Counted from the stretch's first letter, positions 1 through 13,826 are shown. The stretch: 64,000 bases of DNA from Neocallimastix sp. 'constans' (GCA_050613775.1 JBODTK010000126.1:310001-374000), one strand, 5' to 3'. The notes: generated from the letters alone by a model not told the origin. A program made the numbers and translations.

Positions 1-899
1 GCCTCGAGCCAGTACTTGACAAGGGTTACTATTCCGAAAGTACAAGGGCAAACTAACCAAGAGAATCAACGCTGAAAATGCAGTAAGACAAGCTAGCAGG
101 GCCAATTCTTCTGAAAGAGAAGACCGTAATTTCTTTTATTTAGTCAATTCAAACCCTAGTCCATAAGGAAGTGAGGTTTGTTGCATAGGAACTTTTTTCT
201 GAATTTATTTATACACTTTATTGTGAATATTACTTTTTATTTCATGTTACTATTTTAAATATTATTATGTTCTAATTGGACTAATAAATTTTATTTTTTT
301 ATTAATTCTGTTTTTTTTTTTTTTTTTTTGCAATATAAAAATATTCATGTAACTAATAAATAAATGAATAAATAATGATTAAAGTTCTCAATAATTGTGG
401 CTATAAGAAAAAAAAATCTTTTCAGTGAATTTCGAATGAAATATTTTAAGGATATTGAAATTTTTTAAAAAAATTTTTTATAATTTCTAAATATTATTCA
501 ATATCAACTAGCAATGTAAACACTATTGACACAGATATGAATAATTTAGAACCAAGTAATGATTCTGATAGTAGTAACGAAGTATATAATATAATTAATA
601 ATAACAATAGATATAATATTGTTAATAATAGTAAAATTAGTAATAAAGAAAATAGAAATATTTATATTAGAGAAAATGAAAAATAATAGTATCATTACTA
701 ATATTGTAGTCAATTGGTGAAAATTGTGTTAATATTAGTAATATTCTTAATAATGAGATAATGGTGTGTAAATATATAGTAATATTAGACTTGCATAATT
801 CATAATATCATGTAGTTTCTACATATTATCATTTTAATGAATCTTACATTTTTTACTTTAGCATTATTTTGTATATGTATTTTTCTATAGTATTATTTA

Positions 900-1404
900 A
901 ATTTATGTAACAATTGTAAAATGGAAATGTAGGAGAATGATTCACTTCATAGATTGTGCATAAAACTTTATTTAATGGATGGGAATCTTTTTATTATTTT
1001 TCACTTCTAACAATTTATTCACTTTTTCATTTTAGTTAATATATGATAATTTTGAAGAAAATTATTACATAAAGCAGAGCCTTATTATATATTTGACAAT
1101 ACAAAGAGAAAAAAAGAGGAAAAGAAAAAAGAAAAGAAAACCAATATATTCAAATTTGATGTGAAATCTTATCGTTATAAGTAAACTTGTATTTGAAGAT
1201 TGCCCTTATAATGGTGTAAGTAAAAGCATACCTAGTTTTATACACGGAATGCATTTATGTCCTATATTTGAAGAATTTGGACAACAATTTATTCAATTTA
1301 TTGATGAAAATTTTATTAATTATTCATTGATTGTTCATGAGAAATCATTGATCATTCCTTATGACAAAGAGGAAGTTTTTGATGATAATATTAATTTTTA
1401 TTAA
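900..1404 (+). pseudogene. Degenerate coding remnant, possibly the C-terminal CCHC zinc-knuckle region of a non-LTR (LINE-like) retrotransposon
   Basis: Around 1185-1404 one frame reads VFEDCPYNGVSKSIPSFIHGMHLCPIFEEFGQQFIQFIDENFINYSLIVHEK...; a further Cys lies just upstream in a shifted frame. The C...C...H-x4-CP spacing resembles the Zn knuckle after LINE reverse transcriptases. Stops and frameshifts upstream, no splice-consistent gene. Confidence 0.3.
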
Positions 1405-2083
1405 AACTTTTCCAGAAAATTATGATATTAATATTTAATAAGTTTTTAATTTTGAATGTACAGAAAAATTCCAATAAAAAAATATAATATTCGTATATTA
1501 TAATTACAAAAAGTTCATTATTTCAATTTTTAACATGAATTTAATTAAATTGTGATTTAAAATAATAAATTTAAAATGAATTAAAATAAAATAAAATAAA
1601 TATTCAAAACACATAAAATGAACAGATGATTAAAATAACATTATTGTATTTAACTGTAATTACAAATTAATTTATTTAATTATTTTTAGATAATTAAAAC
1701 TTTAATGAAAATATATATAATGTAAAAACAAAAAATATTTTCTTTACTTTTATTTTAAATTTTATTTTTATTTTTAAAATTTATTTATTTTATTTTAAAA
1801 TTTTGTATTTAATTTTTAAGATTTTAACAATAAATTATAAATTACATATAATAATCTTTACATTATATTAAAGAGTATTATATATATATGTATTTTTTTA
1901 ATACTTTTTATTACTTTTATTTAAATTAATTATTTTATGGAAGTATAAAAAAAAATTGATTTTTATATGATAAACCTTCTTCTATCCTTTTGGTCTTTCA
2001 ATTTTTTCAATTTTTTTTTTTTTTTATTATTATTTTTATACATTGTGTATATATATTTACTATTATATATAGTTTATTTTTTA

Positions 2084-2114
<31 letters not shown>

Positions 2115-2199
2115 TTATTTTTATTTTATTTTTATACATTATGTGTATAAGTATATTTACTATTAATTCAAATGTAGTATTATGAATTAGAATATATAT

Positions 2200-2245
<46 letters not shown>

Positions 2246-2513
2246 CATATTTTTTCATATTTATACATTATATATTTACTATTAATTCAAATGTAGTGTT
2301 ATGAATTAGAGTAAATATTATACAATTAATTTTGTTTTATACTTATAAATAAGAGAAAAATAAACATTAATTAACATATAATTGGTTTTTATCTTACGTT
2401 AGTATATAAGAAATATTTAATTATAGATTTAAAAAAATTTTAAATATTTCATTGTTATTATTAATTTAAAATTATTTTTATGAAGTATTTAAAAATAAAA
2501 CTTAAAACATAGT

Positions 2514-2559
<46 letters not shown>

Positions 2560-2626
2560 AATATTATTTATTATCTATTGTGATAAATTTTAGAGAGATT
2601 CTAATTTAATACTAAAATTATTTTTT

Positions 2627-2671
<45 letters not shown>

Positions 2672-2938
2672 CTATTGAAACTACTTTTAATTAAATACTA
2701 ATTTTAATGTTTATATATATATTTAATAATTTTTCTTTTAAAAGGTTTAAATTTTAATTATATTACTATTATTAATTTCATTTATATTTCTATTTATTAA
2801 AATAATCTGTTGTATTTTGTAAAAATAAAAAACTTTACAAATTTGTATTATGAATTATTGTATAAATAATAAATTGAATAAAAAAATTTTTTTCATTTTT
2901 TTTAACTTTTATATGTATTAATACTTAAAATTTGATGT

Positions 2939-4974
2939 TTAAATTTTACTTCCATAAAGAATATTTGTACTAATATTTATTCTTTCATCATTTTCAATTA
3001 TACCACTTAATGATCTTGTATTTATTATATTTGAATATTCTAATTTTTTCTTATTTATTAATTCTCTTTCTCTTTCTCTTTCCCTTTGAAGCTCAATTTC
3101 TTTGGTATTGATTACAACTAATTTTTTTCTTTCTCTCCTCTTTGCCGATAAAGCTCTTGGAAATAGGGCTTTAAATAATCCTCCACTTTTTTTATCATTT
3201 TCTTCTTTTTCCTTTGATGCTGCTAAAGCTCTTTGGTTTCTTTGATGTTGTTCTGCTGTACCAAAATTATTATAAACAGGTGGTACAAACTATAAATTTT
3301 ATTTATATAAATATATATATATATATAATTTTTAATATTTACATGTTTAATTTATCTAAAAAAAAAAAAAAAAAAACAATTATTTTTATCAAATATTTTT
3401 CATTTATTATTATTACTATAATTAAGTAATTACTTCTAAACCCCAAATGGAAGTAGCTGTTGGATCTTCTTTTTCAAATTGATGTAGCCAATGCGGATCT
3501 TTTTATAATACATTAAAATAATTATTATCAATTTATTGAAATGATTAAAGTTTATAATAATAAATTATTACCTTCTGTATCTAAATAAATATTTATATCA
3601 TGTAAAGCTTCACAAGGAATTGCTAAAGTTAAATGAATTACTGTATTATTCTCATTCTTTGGTAATAAAGAATTTGAATTATTCATTGATAATTGTATAT
3701 TTGAAGCTAAAACACCAAGAAATTGTGGCCTACTTTTAGGAGGTAATGATAACAATAAACCCCCACTTTATATTTCGATATTAAAAATTATAAAATATTT
3801 TATTTAATAATAAAATTAAATCTTTAGTTATTTATAAATTAATTTTACCTGCTTCCATTGTGTATAGATGAACTCGCTTGAATTAAAATTGGTTTTTTAT
3901 TTACTTTGGCAACATTACTAATAATACCTTGACTTATAGTTGGTTGTAAATCTTTTTAAGTATACATTTTTTGATTACATATCATTAATAATAATTTTTA
4001 TTTTTATTTTTATTATTATTATTATTATTTTATAATTAGTTTTACTTTAAAATATCAAATATATTATTTTTAATTCTTTAAAATATTTACTTATTGATGG
4101 TTCAAATATACTATGTCCTATAGCTACTACTGAAACAGCTTTCTCTAAATTTTGACTTTTAAATATATAATAATATAAATATATATAATGATATAAAAAT
4201 ATATAAATATATATATTATTTTTTTTAAAAAAATAAGAGTAATATAATATTTACGATGTTATAGGTATTTCGGCTACAATCAACTCTCTGGTGATATAAT
4301 CATAACCATCTGGAAATTTCAATAAAGCAATATCCCAACATGGATGTGAAACAAATATTACTTTAACATTATTAATCCACTTTTTTTTTTTTTTTTTAAT
4401 TAAATAAAACATTTAAAGTTATTGTGATGATGAATTAAAATTACAATATTCATATTTATTATTAAATTCAAATCATGATTTTTACTATATTTTTAATTTT
4501 AATTTCTTACTTGCTTATATGGGTGGTCTATTCTAACATTAACAAAACATTTTGTAATATCAGGTTCATCCTTCAATATTGGATATAAAACATGAGCGTT
4601 TGTAATAATATCTTTTTGATTTTATTATATTAATATATAAGATAATGTTTTTCATTTAAAATTTAAAGTTAAAAATACTCTTAATAACAATTAATAATAA
4701 ATATATATATATATTTTACTAATATAAATTTTATTTTAAAAGGATACGACCACTATGAGAAACAATAATACCAGATGCCCAAGTGTTTTTTACAGAAATC
4801 ATAACAACTGAACGTTTTGCTTCGCATATTAATCTTGACATTTCATCGTTCGATTCTGTTAATTCTTTACTTTGCGACTTAATATATTTGGATATTGTTT
4901 GCTTAATAGATAAAGCTGGAATAATTAATCCAACTTCTACACCATGTCTATTTTTTCTTCTAACATTTTTATAT

Positions 4975-5012
<38 letters not shown>

Positions 5013-6731
5013 GATGTTAATTAATATTAATTAAAAACTTAATAACTAAATAAATAAAATTCAATACCTTAATGGTGGCATTATAATACCAATAAATCGT
5101 TTTGAATGCCTTTCAATAGCAACACCACCCTAATTAATTTACAATATTACAATTAATACCAATTAACAATATATTTTAAATTATTTGAATTGATTTCTAT
5201 TTACTTCATAACCAGCTAATACTCGAGCATCAGTCATTAATAAGTTAATTTCATTTAATTGACCTTCAACTACATTTGAAAGCATTCCATGTGTTACACT
5301 ATTTAAAAATACTTTTGGATTTAAAATACCAAATGGCGATCCTATTAAAAGTAATCGAGTTCCTTGCTATATGAAATTAAATTATTATAATTAATATTAA
5401 TTTATTATTAAAATTTAAAATTTTATATAATGAATTTTTTTACAGTTGGTGGATGAATAGCATTTGGTAATAATACATCCATTAATTTTGATTGCCATTC
5501 ATTTCTTGGTAAAACAACTTTCAATACTGCTAAACCAGCAATATCAACTTATTACAATTAATATTAAATAATTATTTTTCATATTCAATTTATAATTAAT
5601 ATTAAATAATATTATTTTTTATATTCAATTTATAATTAATATTAAATAATATTATTTTTATATTCAATTATTTATATTTTTATATATTATTATAGATATT
5701 AAAATTTAATAATTAATAATTTATAATACAATAATACATTTTAATTATTAAAATTTAATAATACTTTACCATTTCTCATAGAAAATTCACCAGTTGGAGT
5801 ACTTAAATCAGCAAAAGGTAAACCACGACTAAAACCAATTTCCCAAGTCTCATTATCTTTTTGAGAAAGCTTTTGTACACCATCCATAACACCTCTTGCT
5901 TCGACAATATCAATAAGTTGTGCCGGATACCATAATTCTGAATCGTCAAATAATACTTCTATTCCTGTTCCAGGAATTAAACGATTAGGAATTTCTTCTT
6001 CATTTATAGGACTTTTCTACATTCATATTTAAATTAAAACAATTATTAAATTTTATTATTTAAATCTAATATTATTTTAATAATTTTTATTTTTATTTTT
6101 TTTCTTTTTACATAGTTCAGGAAAGGCGTTATCTTTAAAATTATTGAATAATATATAATATATAGTTTAATAAATTTAAAAAATTTTTAATTATTTATAA
6201 CTTCAATTATACTAATAAAATTTCTATTTAAATATTTATAAAAACAGTAATATTTATTATTTAATAATACATACAATATTAGCATGAGCAATAACTATAA
6301 GTGAAACATGTTTTGGATCTTCATCTGTATCTAAATTATAAGAATCACTTGGAATACCAAAAGATACACCTGAAGCTGACAATGTTGTATGACCATGCGT
6401 ATATATATATTTTTCCATAATATTAAATATTTTATAAAAATATTTTTATTATAAGGAATATTTATTAAGAAAAATAACTTTAAATTAAATATATATCTAA
6501 TAATAATATCATTATTAACACTGATAAATAAATAACATATATATTGGTATATAAAGGATATTTAGTATAATTTAATAAATGATATTTAGCTCTTTCAGAA
6601 TTTGGATCTGGTCCATGACAACGAACTAAACATGTTAAAGGATAAGAAATAATTTCTTCTTCATTTCTTTTTTTTATTGATAAAGATGGAATTTCATTAT
6701 ATTCAGAATTTGTTCTCAATCCTCTTAACAT
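2939..6731 (-). CDS. TYSND1: Peroxisomal leader-peptide-processing protease (TYSND1/plant DEG15-like), about 15 exons
   Basis: Exons joined by eye: LVRCHGPDP...HGHTTLSASG; a degenerate first protease domain LIGSPFGILNPKVFLNSVTHGMLSN...LLMTDARVLAGYEGG; an intact second trypsin-like domain WASGII, ITNAHV (His), WDIALL (Asp), IHNGSSGG (Ser). The last exon 3289-2939 is 117 codons and ends YGSKI-stop. Confidence 0.88.
4612..4747 (-). other. U12-type GT-AG intron in the TYSND1-like gene
   Basis: The 5' end reads GTATCCTTT and the 3' end AAAAAG. Removal gives VSHSG-H-IITNAHV, just before the catalytic His. Confidence 0.75.
6399..6561 (-). other. U12-type AT-AC intron (intron 1 of the TYSND1-like gene)
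   Basis: The 5' end reads ATATCCTTT and the 3' end ATATAC. Removal gives in-frame ...LNYT-K-HGHTTLSASG. Confidence 0.85.
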
Positions 6732-6912
6732 TTTATTTTAATTTAATATATTTTATTATTTTAATTTCTTATATAATTGTTACTATCAAATAAAAAAGTA
6801 TATAATTAAACCTTAAAAATGAGAATCGAATATTTAATTTGGAATTTTATATTTAATTATTAAATCTTTTTTTAATTATTTTATTATTTTTATTTTATCA
6901 TTAAATATTTTT

Positions 6913-6943
<31 letters not shown>

Positions 6944-7700
6944 GGAATGTTTTTTATTTTAAAAGTTCAATACTAATAGTTATTTTAAAGATATTAAATT
7001 ATTTCTCAATAATAAATACTAAATTATTTTATTATTTTTGTTATAATTGAAATTTAAAAGAAAATATTAAAATAAAAAAATGTTATTATTATTTTTATTA
7101 ATAATATTTATTATATATTGTTTTGTATTAAAAAAAATTTTATCTTCTTTTTTATTTGCTTCTTGTTTCAAATTGATATAACTTTAATTATAAAATATAT
7201 TCATAAATTAAAATATGTATTTTAATAAATTTAATAATAATATGTATAGTAATTGTAATAAATGATAAAAGGGAATCGAGGATTTTATTTCATAAAAATG
7301 AATAAAATAGTATTATCATTTAATTGATATTTATTAATATTTTATTATATAAACAATAATATATTAATTTACAATATAATATATTAAAATTATTATTATT
7401 TATAATATATTATAATATTGTCATTTGCGAATAATAATAGAGTAATATATTATGAACATATTCAAAATATATTATATAAATTACATTAATATTATTTTAG
7501 TGTAATGGTACATAAAAATTTTAGTTAATATAAAAAAATATTTTGTGTAATATATATATAAATTTCTATTTTTTAAAGTTCTATTTAATTACCTTTATAA
7601 CATTTTCAAAATTTATAATATAAGCCACATTTTTACATAAATTAAAATAAATAAATAATATATTTAAATTATAACACTTATAAAATTTCATCACAAAATC

Positions 7701-8042
<342 letters not shown>

Positions 8043-8129
8043 TTTAATTTTTAATAAAACCGTATTAATAATATAATAAAAAATTATTAGTTTTTGATTA
8101 AATTTTATTCGTAACTTTAAAAAAAAAAA

Positions 8130-8340
8130 AAATTATTAGATTATAAATATATTTAAGAAATTATTTTAACAATATTTGAATCGAATTAAAAAATTAATAT
8201 AATGGAAAAATTATTTTGTTAATGTAAAATTAAAAGTTAATTTAAATAGAAATAACTAATAGTTTAATTATATCAAGTTAATATGATATAATAGGATAAT
8301 TTTAAATACACATATTTACTAATAAACCAATTTATTCAAC
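8130..8340 (-). repeat. Dispersed repeat family A, inverted partial copy
   Basis: Its reverse complement aligns by eye with 48410-48620 (gaataaattggtttatt...attaacttgatat...ctattagttat...aaatattgttaaaataatttcttaaatat) and with 32680-32840. Confidence 0.8.
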
Positions 8341-8542
8341 GTTAGAATTTGTGTAAATATGAAAAATAAACATCAGATGTATTACATAAAACTATTTAAT
8401 TAGGAATAATTTAAAAGCAAATAAATCTTTGTTATAAAATGTATTAAAGTTAATATAATTATAAATCATAAAATCTTGACTATTAACAACAACAACAAAA
8501 ATAAAAATATATAATAATAATTATTAAAAACAATGAATTTAT

Positions 8543-8660
8543 TGTTTATAACTATGTCAAGTTTATAAATATTTTATGATAGAGTTATTAACTCTTAATT
8601 ATTCTATAATGTTTTTTATATTACTATATTGTGGCTTATACATTAATTATATTAAAATTA
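8543..8660 (+). repeat. Dispersed repeat family B, copy 1 of 3
   Basis: The block tttataa.tatgtcaa.ttta...agagtta.ta...cttaattattcta...ttgtggcttata recurs at 48158-48295 and 49932-50040. Confidence 0.75.
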
Positions 8661-9556
8661 AAATTTTGAAGTAATGTAAAAAAAAAAATTATATTTATAA
8701 TTATTTATTAATAAAATAAAGATATTCATAAAAATATCGTATAGATTTCTATTATATAGTTTAATATATAGATAAAAAACTATATATGTCTAATAGTTAT
8801 TAAATAATTATAAGTTATAAATAATTGATAATAAAAATTATATAAAATTTTTTGAAAATTAATGAGAAAACTATTGAAAATAAATAATTAAAGTAGAAGT
8901 GTTATAAAATATAAATTAAATTGTTAACAATTTTAGGATAAACTTTCAGGGATGTAAATATTATAAATGATACAAATTTTATTTTTTCGAATTTAGAAAT
9001 AAAAGGAATATATTTTAGAAAAGAAATAATCCAATAATTTATTTGTAAGAGTAGAATAGAAAAAAAAAATGAATATTTTTATCTTCTAATAGAATATAAA
9101 AATATGTTATATATCATGTGATATTCTTTTAATATACAAATAGTCTTTTTTTATTAAACAAAATTTATTTTTTTTTTTTTTTTCTTCTGATACACATTAA
9201 AAGATATATAATAGTAAACATAAAATAAAAAATAAAAATAAAAAAAAAAAAAAAGGAAATATATAAGTAAGTAGAAAGTTATTTAACATTTATCATAGCG
9301 AAACAATATAATAAATAAATACTATAAATATATTATTTAAATATGTAATTAATGTATATGTGAATATTTAAATTAAAATAATACAAATTAAATAAATAAT
9401 TAAAGAGAGAAAAGTTTATTAATAAAAGAGAAATAATTTCATTTTAAAGCATTAAAGGGTTAATTAATTCTTTATATATAAATACATTGTTAATGTTAAA
9501 TTGTTTATTTTTATTATAGAAATAAAATAAATTTTAATACTAATTAAATAGAATAA

Positions 9557-10835
9557 ATGGCGGGTAAGTGATTAATTAAAAATATTAAAAAATTGTATAA
9601 TTTTTAAAATTTATATTATTGAAAGAATTGTTATGAATATAAAAATTAGATTGATGTTAAAATTAACTAAATTTAATATATTCATAAATGTATAATATTA
9701 ATAAAATTAGTAAATTTAAAATGGGTTAGTTTATTTGTATTAGTTTTTCAAAATAGTTTTTTGGCTTTAATTTTACGATATTCAAAAACCCTTCCAGATA
9801 AGTATCTTTCTTCAACAGCTGTAGTTTGTTCAGAATGTTTAAAATTTTTTACGTCAGTGCTATTTCATATTGTTCAACGTGTTAGAGAAATTAAACCACC
9901 AGAAAGATATAGTTTTAAAATGCTTTTAGATGAACTTTTTGGAAAAGAATCTGATTGTATAAAAATTATGGTTCCAGCAGTACTTTATCTTATTCAAAAT
10001 AATCTTCAATATTATTCTGCTTCAAAATTAGATGCAGCAACATATCAAGTTTCTTATCAAATGAAAATTATAACAACTGCAATTTTTTCAGTTATTATAT
10101 TAAAGCGTTCATTATTTAAACATCAATGGATATCTATTTTCATGTTGGCAATTGGTATTGCGTTAGTTCAGTTCCCAACTGGCGATAGTGCTAGTAAGTC
10201 AAGTGATAATGCTATGAGTGACAAGATTTTTGGAATTATATCTGTTGTTATTGCTTGTATCTTATCCGGTGTTGCTGGTGTTTATTTTGAAAAAATTCTT
10301 AAAAAGAGTAAAGTTACTCTATGGGCCAGAAATGTTCAACTTTCTTTATTTTCTATAATTCCAGGTTACTTTATTGGTGTTTTATTAATGGATGGTGAAA
10401 CTGTTAAGGAAAAGGGTTTCTTTGGTGGTTATACACGTTGGACTGTTTTAGCTATTTTATTCCAAGCCTTTGGTGGTATTTTAGTAGCTGTTGTTGTAAA
10501 GTATGCTGATAATATTTTAAAAGGTTTTGCTACCTCAATTTCAATTATTCTTTCCTGTACTATTTCATACTTTGCATTTGATTTCAATATTACATTAATA
10601 TTTATTCTTGGTTGCAGTTTAGTTATGTGTGCAACTTATCTTTATGGTAAAATATATGTATTTTTTTTCAATATGAAATATTTGTAAATATTATAAAATA
10701 TTATATTAATAATCTAATCAAAAAATTATTTATATAGGTAAACCGGTTAAACAAGTTGAAACTGAAGTATCGTATTCAAGACTTGAAAACCAAACAAGTT
10801 TGGAAGATATTGAAATACATAATATAAAGAATTAA
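9557..10835 (+). CDS. Golgi nucleotide-sugar transporter (UDP-galactose transporter, SLC35A2/Gms1-like), 3 exons
   Basis: 7-nt first exon ATGGCGG|GTAAGT (9557-9563). Exon 2 from 9711 gives MAVNLKWVSLFVLVFQNSFLALILRYS, with family motifs VPAVLYLIQNNLQY, LDAATYQVSYQMKIITTA, GVYFEKILK, GGILVAVVVKYADNILKGFATS. Exon 3 is 10738-10835. Confidence 0.92.
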
Positions 10836-11015
10836 AAGGATAATGATAAATATATTAAAATAAATAATGAAAAAAAATTTATAATATTTTGACATACTAT
10901 TTTTATTATTATTCTTCTACTTTATAGATTTAGAATTATTTTAATTAAAATGAATTAGAGTAAAAATTTCATAAACAATAAAAATACTAAAAAGCAAATA
11001 ATTTTAATAAATAGC

Positions 11016-11087
<72 letters not shown>

Positions 11088-11590
11088 TAAAATAAATTAA
11101 ATTAAATCAAAAATCAAAAAATACTGGAAAAAAAAATTAGAATATTGATTAATTATTTTAATTTTGTGTATATATATATATATTAATATATATTTATATA
11201 TATATATATTTTTTTTTTTCCATTGAACATACGATGGGTTAGTAGTAATATTTATAATCATTGCTAATATTGACCAATCTATTTATAAATACTATTAATA
11301 TATATTATTTATTATTGATATAATTCTTTAAAGTATATTTAAAGAAAAATTCAAATTGAAATAAAATAAAAATAAAAATACAAATAAAAATAAAAATATT
11401 GAAGTTGATGAATATTTTATTGTTTTAATATATATTATATTTTATAACAAAACAATTGAAATAATTTTTTTAAGAGAGAAAATCAGTTATCAAAAAAAAA
11501 AAAATTTTTTTTTATTGTTTGATGTTTATTAAATGTAATATATAAACATGTGTATTTTATTTCTTTTTATATGTATGTGCCAATTTTTGA

Positions 11591-11621
<31 letters not shown>

Positions 11622-11948
11622 TATAAAAATATATATATTTTATTTGTTTTTATTTATTTTATATCCCATAAAATTATTATGAATTTTTAATTATTGGATT
11701 ATAAAATTTTTAAATATGAATATTTTGAAATTTAGAACAAAATTTCTATCTATAATTAATTCTTTTATTATTTAAATATATTATAATTTATAAAATTAAA
11801 CATTTTTTATATCATATATTATAATTATTATTATATTATTCATTATTCATTATTATTATTATTATTACTTGGTTTTGTTTTTGTTTTTTTATATTTATTT
11901 ATGATTATTTTTATTATAAATAATAATAATAAAATAATAATAATAATA

Positions 11949-11991
<43 letters not shown>

Positions 11992-12087
11992 TGAAATAAT
12001 AATAATATATGGATTTTCTTAAATATTTTATTGATTAAATTAATTATATTTATACATACTATATATATATAATGAAATTTATTAGAA

Positions 12088-13413
12088 TTATTGCGTTTCA
12101 TTAAGTTGTTTCCTTCTATTATACCATTTACAAACTGAATGACACTCTTCAAGTAAAAAGAATGTTAATGCTGTTCCATAAGTTGATTTAATTAGTGAAG
12201 GTTTAAGACCTTTATAGAAACCTCTTAGTCCTTCGTTTCTATACATATTTTTCATGCAACCAAAAAATCTAGTTGAATTATTTTCATGAATTTCAACAGC
12301 ATATACATCTTTATTATATTTTACTATTTCCCCATTAACTTGCATAACCTTTCTCATATTATCCATCTGATAAAAATATATAATTATTTAATATTTAATA
12401 ATTTTTTCTTCTATTAAAATAATGCTAATAATTAATTATACTTACAGGCATGGTTGCACATTTACTTATTATACCAGCTATACCACCACTTATAAAGTTT
12501 TTGGTTCCATCACTAAAATATTTTTTAGTATTTGGATATTTATCCTAAGTACATATTAAAAAAAAATATTATTAATTATTAATAATTTATTATTATCATT
12601 ATTTATATTATTATATTTATTTTACATAATAATATATATTTCAAATTCTTTTATATACAGCATACGGTAAATCTATTAAAATACTTCATAGCAATTGAAT
12701 GTGCCTGGAAAGAAGTACCCATGTAGGGTACGATAGATACTACTGATGGAACAACACCTTTATATAATGATTTTACACCTTCTTTTTTTATTACTATGTA
12801 TACAGCTTGAGGAATATTCTTATACAAGTGATAATTTCCTTGGGATGCGAATCTTGTTCTTAAAAAATCAAAAGCTACAAATTAATTTAATTTACAATTA
12901 ATAATTAGTACTTTATAATAATTAGTATTTTCTATTTACATAAATATATTTAAAATTCTATAAAAATAAAAAATAATATGTAATAATTATTTTTGATATA
13001 TACGATATGTTACTACAACAGCATTGGCTCCAGCAATTGCTCCCGCAACGAAGTTTTCAATGGATTTTGGAACAGAATACTTATTTTCATTTCTCTTCAA
13101 TTAGTTTTAATAAATTTTAAACATCATTTATTATTATTACTATCATTGACATTATTTTTTTTTAATATGATATATATTATTTTAAGTAATTATTTAAATT
13201 TTAATAATCTTTTATTCTTACCAATTTATTAAAACCTTTAATGCATTGTTCATATATATAAAATTGTACAGCACCATATGATACAGAAAGATATTGTGCT
13301 GAAATATTACCTTTCCATAATGCCTAATTCCAAATTAAACAATAATTTAATTTTTCATTAATTTACTTATAAATATTTCTTTTTTCTCTTTTTTATTATT
13401 TATTATCTATATA

Positions 13414-13479
<66 letters not shown>

Positions 13480-13826
13480 TAGATTATACGTATTATATTA
13501 AATAAAGTTTATTTACACTTATTCCTTCTTCTTTACAAATTTTTATCATACTTCTAAAAATATGATTGTATTTCAATACACCTCCATATGATGCTTTTTG
13601 AAGCTATAATATTATTAAGATAAAAAATATATATACATATATATCAGATTTAAAAGATTTAATATACTTTTTTTTTTTAATATAAAACGATAATTTATAT
13701 TGGTAAAATAAAGTTTACCTGCATTCTAATTTTCAACACGTCAAAAGGAGCTGTTAATACACCACTGAAAAATCCTGCAACGGCACCAGATAAAGAATTT
13801 TGAAAATTCGATAATTCATCACTCAT
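12088..13826 (-). CDS. TPC1: Mitochondrial carrier family protein, thiamine pyrophosphate carrier-like (TPC1/SLC25A19), 7 exons
   Basis: Three Px[DE]xx[KR] signatures (APFDVLKIRMQ, YPFDFLRTRFASQG, MPMDNMRKVMQVNG), plus LWKGNISAQYLSVSYGAVQF and GFYKGLKPSLIK, which are typical of TPP carriers. All introns are GT-AG. Confidence 0.8.

Noticed and set aside
1967..2185. Hydrophobic ORFs at 1967, 11895, 33543, 43044 and 52172
   Set aside because: Translations of poly-T, (TAA)n or other low-complexity non-coding DNA.
5560..5670. Approximately 40-50-bp tandem repeats in introns (here and 19130-19300) as CRISPR-like arrays
   Set aside because: Head-to-tail slippage duplications with no unique spacers, in a eukaryotic intron.
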